A stretch of 64,000 bases of DNA from an uncultured delta proteobacterium (lineage in GTDB: Bacteria; Desulfobacterota; WTBG01; CAIYCZ01). The notes below the pieces were generated by a model. That model was given only the letters and a program-made list of their open reading frames with translations, made no database searches and was not told where the DNA came from. The stretch spans positions 32,001 to 96,000 of the forward strand of contig CAWDOY010000025.1 in the NCBI GenBank assembly GCA_963803975.1, read 5' to 3'. Made by a program: the position numbers and the translations under genes. Of the stretch, positions 57,820-64,000 are shown piece after piece (the stretch's first letter is position 1; the number at the start of each line of letters is the position of its first letter).

Positions 57820-59120
57820 TTACCGCATAAGCGACTGCAGGCAATTCATGAAACCGGGGAATGACGTTTTGATGCAGGCACAGTCTTCAACGCGTGTTTC
57901 CCCCTGCGCAGCCAGTCCCGCGACTGCCATGGACATGGCCACCCGGTGATCGCCGTAGCTGGTGCAGACAGCAGCGCTCAAGCTCTCTTTGCCCCTGATG
58001 ATCATGCCGTCATCCTGCGCTTCTATATCAGCGCCCATTTTCTTCAGCTCCGTGCACATGGCTGCGATCCGGTCAGTTTCCTTAACCCGCAGCTCCCGTG
58101 CATCCCGTATTATGGTCGTTCCTTCAGCATAGGCAGCAGCAACAGCCAGTATCGGAAGCTCATCAATAGTCCGGGGAATAATCGCACCATTGATAGTGAC
58201 CCCCGTAAGCCTGCCGGCCCTGACTCGAATATCTGCGACCGGCTCCCCGCTCATCTCCCGCTTATTGAGCAGTTCAATGCGTGCTCCCATGTTCTGCAGT
58301 ATTTCCAGAAAACCGGTCCTGGTCGGGTTCACCCCGACGCTGCGCACCAGCACCTCTGCATCATGCGACCAGAAGCCCGGCCACAATAAGAAATGCCGCT
58401 GATGACGGGTCACCGGGAACCTCGATATAGATCGCCGTTCAGTTCGCTGCCGCCGGTAACGGCAATCCCCGTGCCGCTGACCTGCGAGCGGAGCGCCCAG
58501 ATACCGGAGCATGCGCTCCGTGTGATCCCGGGACGGTACCGGCTCCTGCACCATCGTTGTGCCGTCAGCATAAAAACCGGCGAGCAGTATCGCGGTCTTT
58601 ACCTGGGCGCTTGCAACCGGCAGATGCAAAGCGCGCTGCCTGCAGCTTCCCGCCCTGTATGGCAAGGGGCGCGTAATTGCCGTCATCCCTGCCGCTGATC
58701 CGGGCGCCCATTTCCCGGAGAGGCGTCACCACCCGCTTCATGGGCCGGGCATTGAGGGACGCATCGCCTGAGAGCACTGAAAAAAACGGCTGGCCGGAGA
58801 GTACCCCTGTCATGAGCCTCATGGTGGTGCCGGAATTGCCCGCGTACAAAATGGAGCCGGGCTCCTGCAGTCCATGCAGACCTTTGCCGTGAAGCAGATA
58901 CTCAGCAGGGCCTCTTTTTTTTATACTGACACCAAGCTGCTGGAATATTTTTACGGTGCGCCGGTTGTCCTCTCCTGAAGACAGGCCCTTAACCATGACC
59001 TTTCCCTGCGCCAGCGAGCCCAGGATTATGGCCCGGTGGGAAATTGACTTATCCCCGGGAACCGTCACCTCGCCGTGGAGCTGTTCTGGTTTCGTGAACA
59101 ACAATGCTATCTGAGGACAT
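57820..59120 (-). CDS. aroA: EPSP synthase (frameshifted)
   Basis: PGDKSISHRA, GNSGTT, ASAQVK, ELRVKETDRI, GDHR. Confidence 0.95.
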
Positions 59121-59185
59121 ATATTAAAAATCTGGAACTCAGAAAATCAGGTTTATGTTTTTCGTAACCCATTACGCGGATTTAG

Positions 59186-59348
59186 TGGCTCGGGGTTCGG
59201 GGTTAGTGAAACGTGACTATCTGAAAGGTCAAAAGGCTAAAAGGCCAAAAGGTTAATAGGCTAAAAGACTTAATACCTCTTTACCTATTTACCTATTCAC
59301 CTATTCACCCATTCACCGTCCCCTTGGACCCTCGAATCCTTGAACCCT
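59186..59348. repeat. Intergenic modular short tandem repeats
   Basis: Same block order as 53843-53955, plus (CCTTGAAC-like)n. Confidence 0.7.
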
Positions 59349-59353
59349 GCATC

Positions 59354-60215
59354 TTAAATGCCCCTTCTCGTGTCCCGCGACTGCCTGAACAGGCCCTCAA
59401 GCCTGCTGCCATTGCTTTCCTGTATGGCATCTTTCAGCTCTCCGAGCGAGCGCAGGAAAAAATCTATGGTTGTGAGCAGGTTATCCCTGTTCATCAGGGC
59501 AATGTCCCGCCACATGACCGGATCACTTGCTGCTATGCGGGTAAAATCCCTGAAGCCGCCTGCTGAGTACTGGAGGATGTTCTGCTCAAAGTCCTTCATC
59601 TCGACCAGAGCATTGACCAGGGAAAAGGCAACCATGTGCGGCAGATGGCTGATGGCGGCGATAATTTTGTCATGCGTCTGCCACATCCATTACTACCACC
59701 CGGCTGCCGGCCGCGGTCCACAGGTTCTGAACAAGTTCCAGGGCGCGGGCATCGGTATTCCGGGTGGGCGTCAGTATGCAGACCCGGTTTTCAAACAGCC
59801 CGGCGCATGAGGCTTCATAGCCTGAATTTTCCGTACCCGCTATCGGGTGCCCGCCGATGAAAAGCAGCCCGTCCGGCATGCGCGACTCAAGCGCGGAAAC
59901 AATCGGCCCCTTCACGCTGCCCACATCAGTTATGACCGTTCCCTTGCGCAGATATGGCGCCAGCGCCAGGGCCTGCTCCGCAATCATGCCAACCGGCGTT
60001 GCGATGACCACGGCATCGACATCTGCAGTGCCGTCTTCAAAGCGCTCGTAACATGCATCTATCAGCCCGAGGTTCCGGGCCGCCGTAAGCCGCTCGATAT
60101 TGCGGCCATAGGCGCTGATTCTATGCGCGAGCTTTTTTTCTTTAACGTCGCGTGCCAAAGAGCCGCCGATGAGGCCGAGGCCGACAATTGCTATATGGTT
60201 AAAAATAACATTCAC
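59354..60215 (-). CDS. tyrA: Prephenate dehydrogenase (frameshift near 59685)
   Basis: GLGLIGGS, DVGSVK, GHPIAG, SHLPH, FRDFTRIA. Confidence 0.93.
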
Positions 60216-60229
60216 GTGATTGATTTTTT

Positions 60230-61335
60230 CTATGCTTTATTAATGGGTTGCAGAACTTTTTTGAGAGACCTGATAAACCGCTCATTCTCCTCAGGAAGGC
60301 CAATGGTAACCCGCACGTAGTTATCCAGCCCGTAGCTTGCCATGGAGCGGATGATGACGCCTTCCCGGAGCAGTTTCTGATAGACATTTTCCGCCTTCGT
60401 CCCCAGGTTCACCAGCAGGAAATTGGTGTGCGTCGGGATATAGGCCAAGACCCATGCTCTTCAGCTCAGCGTATATATAGCTAAGGCCCGCCTGGTTATT
60501 GTCCTGTGAGCGCTCGACGTGCTGCTCTATCATCAAGCGCTGCCAGGGCTGCCACCTGCGCCAGATAATTCACATTAAACGGCACCCGCACCCGCTCCAG
60601 GTAATTGACCAGCTGGGCCGGACAGAGCGCATAGCCGATCCGTAAACCGGCCAGCCCGTATATTTTGGAGAAGGTGCGCAAAATAATAATGTTTCTTCCC
60701 TGCCGCAGGTATTCAAGTGAATCAGGATACGCCGGGCTCGCGACATATTCACCGTACGCCTCGTCCAGAACCACCAGCACGTCCCCGGGAACCCGCTGCA
60801 TAAATGTTCTCAAGGCATCCGCGTCCACCATGGTGCCGGTGGGGTTATTCGGATTGCTGATAAAAATTATTTTTGTTTTACCGGTAATCTGACCGGCCAT
60901 GGCCTCCAGGTCATAGGTAAAGTCTTTGAGCGGGACCTCTATCACCCGCGCGCCCCGGGCATTGCTCATGATGGGATAGAGGATGAACGTCTGCTCGGAG
61001 GTTATCACCTCTTCTGCCGGCGTGAGAAAGGCAAGCGCTATGAGCTGGATAATTTCATTGGAACCATGACCGAACAGCACCTGGGACTGCTCTATGCCGC
61101 AGTGCTGTGCCAGCTTTTCTCTGAGATAGTAACAGCCGTTGTCCGGATAGCGGTGTATGTCTGCCAGCGCTGCCTGCAGCGCCTGCAGCGCTTTGGGAGA
61201 CGGCCCCAGGGAGTTTTCATTTGAGGCAAGCTTAATGATTTCGTCTATGCCGAATTCGCGCTTCACTTCGTCAACAGGCTTGCCGGGCGGGTAGAGCGGC
61301 AGTTGTTCTATGTAATCCGGTACCAGCTTTTTCAT
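60230..61335 (-). CDS. hisC: Histidinol-phosphate aminotransferase (frameshifted)
   Basis: KLASNEN, NPNNPTG, DEAY, RTFSKIYGLAGLRIG. Confidence 0.95.
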
Positions 61336-62460
61336 CGCGTGCAATTTTTTTCCGGGGATTCGTCGTCCGTGCCGATGGTCTTTTTCTTTCCTTTCGGATA
61401 GGACCCCAGCACCTTCATAAACTGGGAGTTCCGGGTAACCATCTCCAGCGCCTTTTTTATATTCGCGTCTTCAATGTGTCCTTCAATATCGATAAAGAAA
61501 ATGTATTCCCAGGGCTTTTTTCTGAACGGCCGTGATTCTATCTTGGTCAGGTTGATACTGTTTTTAGCAAACGGATCAAGCATCTCAGAGAGGGCGCCAA
61601 TCCCGTCCCGGATTGAAAACATGAGTGATGTTTTATCATCACCGGTCCGGCCCGGCGATTGCTTGCCGATCACCCAGAACCTGGTGACATTCTGCGGGTT
61701 GTCTTCGATCTTTTTCTTCAGCACCGGTATCCCGTATATTTTGGCGGCAAACTCGCTGGCAATGGCGGCCGTTTGCTTCTCTTCCAACGCCAGCTTGGCA
61801 GCCATGGCCGTGCTGAATACTTCCTTCACCTCCGCATGGGCAAGATTTTTACTGAGCCAGCTGTAGCACTGGGCAAGTGCCTGGGGGTGTGAATAAACCG
61901 TGCGGACATCTTCCAAGACGGTCATGCTGGGACAGCAATGAGTGTGATATCTCAAGCATCACCTCAGCGCATATCTGCAGGGGTGACTCGATAAACATAT
62001 CAAGGGTCAGATTGACTACCCCTTCGGTTGAATTCTCAATCGGTACCACACCGTAGTCCGCACGCTCCCGCTCAACCTCGTCAAAAATATCAGCGACACT
62101 TTTTGTGTGTATGAATTGGGCGGCCTGCCCGAACTGCTGGATGGAGGCGATATGGGAAAACGTAGCATCCGGCCCGAGGCAGGCGACGTTCAGGCCCTTT
62201 TCCAGGGAGAGGCATGCTGACATGATCTCCCGAAAAATAGGGCGGATTGACAGCGAGGGGAACGGCCCCCTGTTTTTGCGCACCAGGCGCTGATATATCT
62301 CCTCCTCGCGCTCCAGCACATGAAACCTGCTCTTTTTTTCCTTCTTTATAGCGCCTACATCCATGACCAGCGCTGCCCGCTCGTTGAGGAGATCAAGAAG
62401 CCGGTTGTCCACTTCATCAATTTTTTCTCTTAATGCCTGGAGCTTTTCTTTTTTTTCCAC
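61332..62460 (-). CDS. pheA: Chorismate mutase/prephenate dehydratase (frameshift near 61940)
   Basis: LREKIDEVD, VPIENSTEG, SHPQALAQC, NVTRF, LTKIESRP. Confidence 0.95.
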
Positions 62461-62845
62461 CAGTAGTCCTTTAGCAGAGTGTTACTGATTTGCATTATAC
62501 TCTGACTGCAGGGGATCAATGCACCTGCAACCCGTTGTTCGCTGCTGGTATCCGGATGTGATTAGAATCTTCTACTCACTGTTATAGGGATGTACGTGAC
62601 GTGTGGATAGGAAATCGTATCAGGAAGAGGGTTAGTGGTTACTAGTAAGAAACAAAGTACCCCTTGTTTATCCCTGTTGTTATTCTCCGTTAGTTTCGCT
62701 TAAGGCCAGTCCCCCTTTGCCAGAGAAAGTTTTGTTATCGTATATATAGTAAATTTCCAGCTCTAAAGCAACCCTTTTTTATGCCCGAATCCTGCGGATA
62801 AACGTTTTGTTTTTTTGCGGATTCAATGGTACTGTTCCGGTATCT

Positions 62846-63575
62846 ATGAAAGTAGCACTGCTATCTGATATCCACAGCAATCTGGAGGCATTCCAGGCTG
62901 TTCAGGCATCGCTTGCTGCGTACCAGGCAGAAGAGATTATCTTTCCTGGGTGACATTGTCGGCTACGGGGCTGACCCGAACGAGTGCATTGCATTGCTGC
63001 GCAACCTGGCCGACTGCAGTATCGCCGGCAATCACGATTTTGCCGCTGTCGGAAAAACCGATATCCAATATTTTAATCCCCTTGCCAGGGAAGCCATTGT
63101 CTGGACACAAAAGAAACTGGGCACGGAGAATGCCCGGTTTCTCTCTTCCCTGCCGCTCCATGCAGTACGGCACGGTTTTTTCTGTGTCCATTCCACACCG
63201 ATGCATCCGCAGCTTTGGGATTATATTGTAACGCTTAAAGATGCTGGCGTCAGTTTTGACAATTTTACCGGGCCGCTATGCTTTGTCGGCCACTCCCACC
63301 ATCCGGCCATCTTCATTGAGGACAGCAGCGGGGAACGTTCAGCAGCAGGGAACTCTGCCATTACCCTGGAAAATGATAACCGCTATATTATAAACATCGG
63401 CAGTGTCGGCCAGCCGCGGGACGGCAATCCCCTCGCCTCCTATGGTCTGTATGACACGGAAACAAAAAAGTATCGCCTCATCCGCGTCGCGTACGATATA
63501 GCTGCTGCCCAGCAGAAGATAGTTGATGCCGGACTGCCGTCGTTTCTGGCCGCACGTCTAGCGCTGGGCAGATGA
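62846..63575 (+). CDS. Metallophosphoesterase (5' frameshift)
   Basis: SDIHSN, LGDIVGYG, GNHD, GHSH, GSVGQPRD. Confidence 0.9.
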
Positions 63576-63657
63576 TCAGGGATTCGTGGTTGGGGATTCG
63601 GGATCAGGGACACTACTTTCGTTTCACTTTTCACCTTTCACGTCTGCGTTCTCGCGG

Positions 63658-64000
63658 TTAATATTTTACTTTTTTCAAAAACAGCCCCTGGGGCGGGGCG
63701 GTTATCCCGGCACGCGTCCGGTCTTTCTGATTTAAAATATTTCTGAAATCATCTGCGCTTATTTTTCCTTTCCCCACGTCCACCAGTGTCCCCACGATAT
63801 TTCTCACCATGTGCTTCACAAAAGCACTGCCCGTAATTGAAAATAGTATAAGATGCTTTCTAATCTTTTTAAAATGAACGCTGTTCACTTCCCGCACCGC
63901 ATGCCCGTTTTCCCGGTCCGCTCCCTGGAATGACGCGAAATCCTGCATGCCCACCAGGCACCCGGCAGCCTGCCTCATTGCCGCAATATCAAGTGGTGAC
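63658..64000 (-). CDS. truA: tRNA pseudouridine synthase A, 3' part
   Basis: DFASF, AFVKHMVRNIVGTL, TAPPQGLFL. Confidence 0.93.
   Translation of the reverse strand, partial: SPLDIAAMRQAAGCLVGMQDFASFQGADRENGHAVREVNSVHFKKIRKHLILFSITGSAFVKHMVRNIVGTLVDVGKGKISADDFRNILNQKDRTRAGITAPPQGLFLKKVKY

Noticed and set aside
53843..59348. CRISPR array
   Set aside because: Repeats are 7-8-bp tandem units or one in-frame 108-bp duplication; there are no unique spacers and no cas genes
54951..62460. Pseudogenes or programmed frameshifting in housekeeping genes
   Set aside because: Indels occur throughout the window regardless of function and lack a common slippery motif; sequencing error is the simpler explanation
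62461..62845. T-box or attenuator upstream of pheA
   Set aside because: Long intergenic region but no T-box consensus, Phe-rich leader peptide or clear terminator seen

Overview
Bacterial genomic window, most consistent with an anaerobic Desulfobacterota/deltaproteobacterial genome. It carries frequent 1-bp indels that split even essential genes (rpsA, rnc, aroA, pheA), probably uncorrected long-read errors, so many CDS below are stitched by eye from several ORF-track fragments. The left ~28 kb is accessory anaerobic metabolism: porD / degenerate porB / nuoE / nuoF-like genes; a HemF-like protein divergent from a ferrochelatase-like lipoprotein and two Tat-exported paralogs; two GlcD-like flavoproteins with a CCG Fe-S protein and ETF, divergent from a TetR regulator; a membrane sulfatase-like protein; a geranylgeranyl-reductase-like flavoprotein divergent from two ferredoxin-dependent bilin-reductase-like proteins, an SCP2-like protein and a ferredoxin; and a four-component corrinoid methyltransferase system. 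The middle holds archaeal-type topoisomerase VI (B+A), azoR, a pentaheme cytochrome, rnc, pilT/pilU, yhaM and a small AT-rich island. The right end is the housekeeping pheA-hisC-tyrA-aroA-cmk-rpsA-sppA block plus partial truA. Best candidate for an undescribed system: a set of proteins with tetrapyrrole-enzyme-like folds (HemF-like, chelatase-like, two bilin-reductase-like) whose promoter regions carry variants of the palindrome found next to the TetR gene (AGAAnnnGTTCT). This may be an anaerobic tetrapyrrole/bilin uptake-and-conversion regulon. All family assignments are from motif recognition, not database searches.
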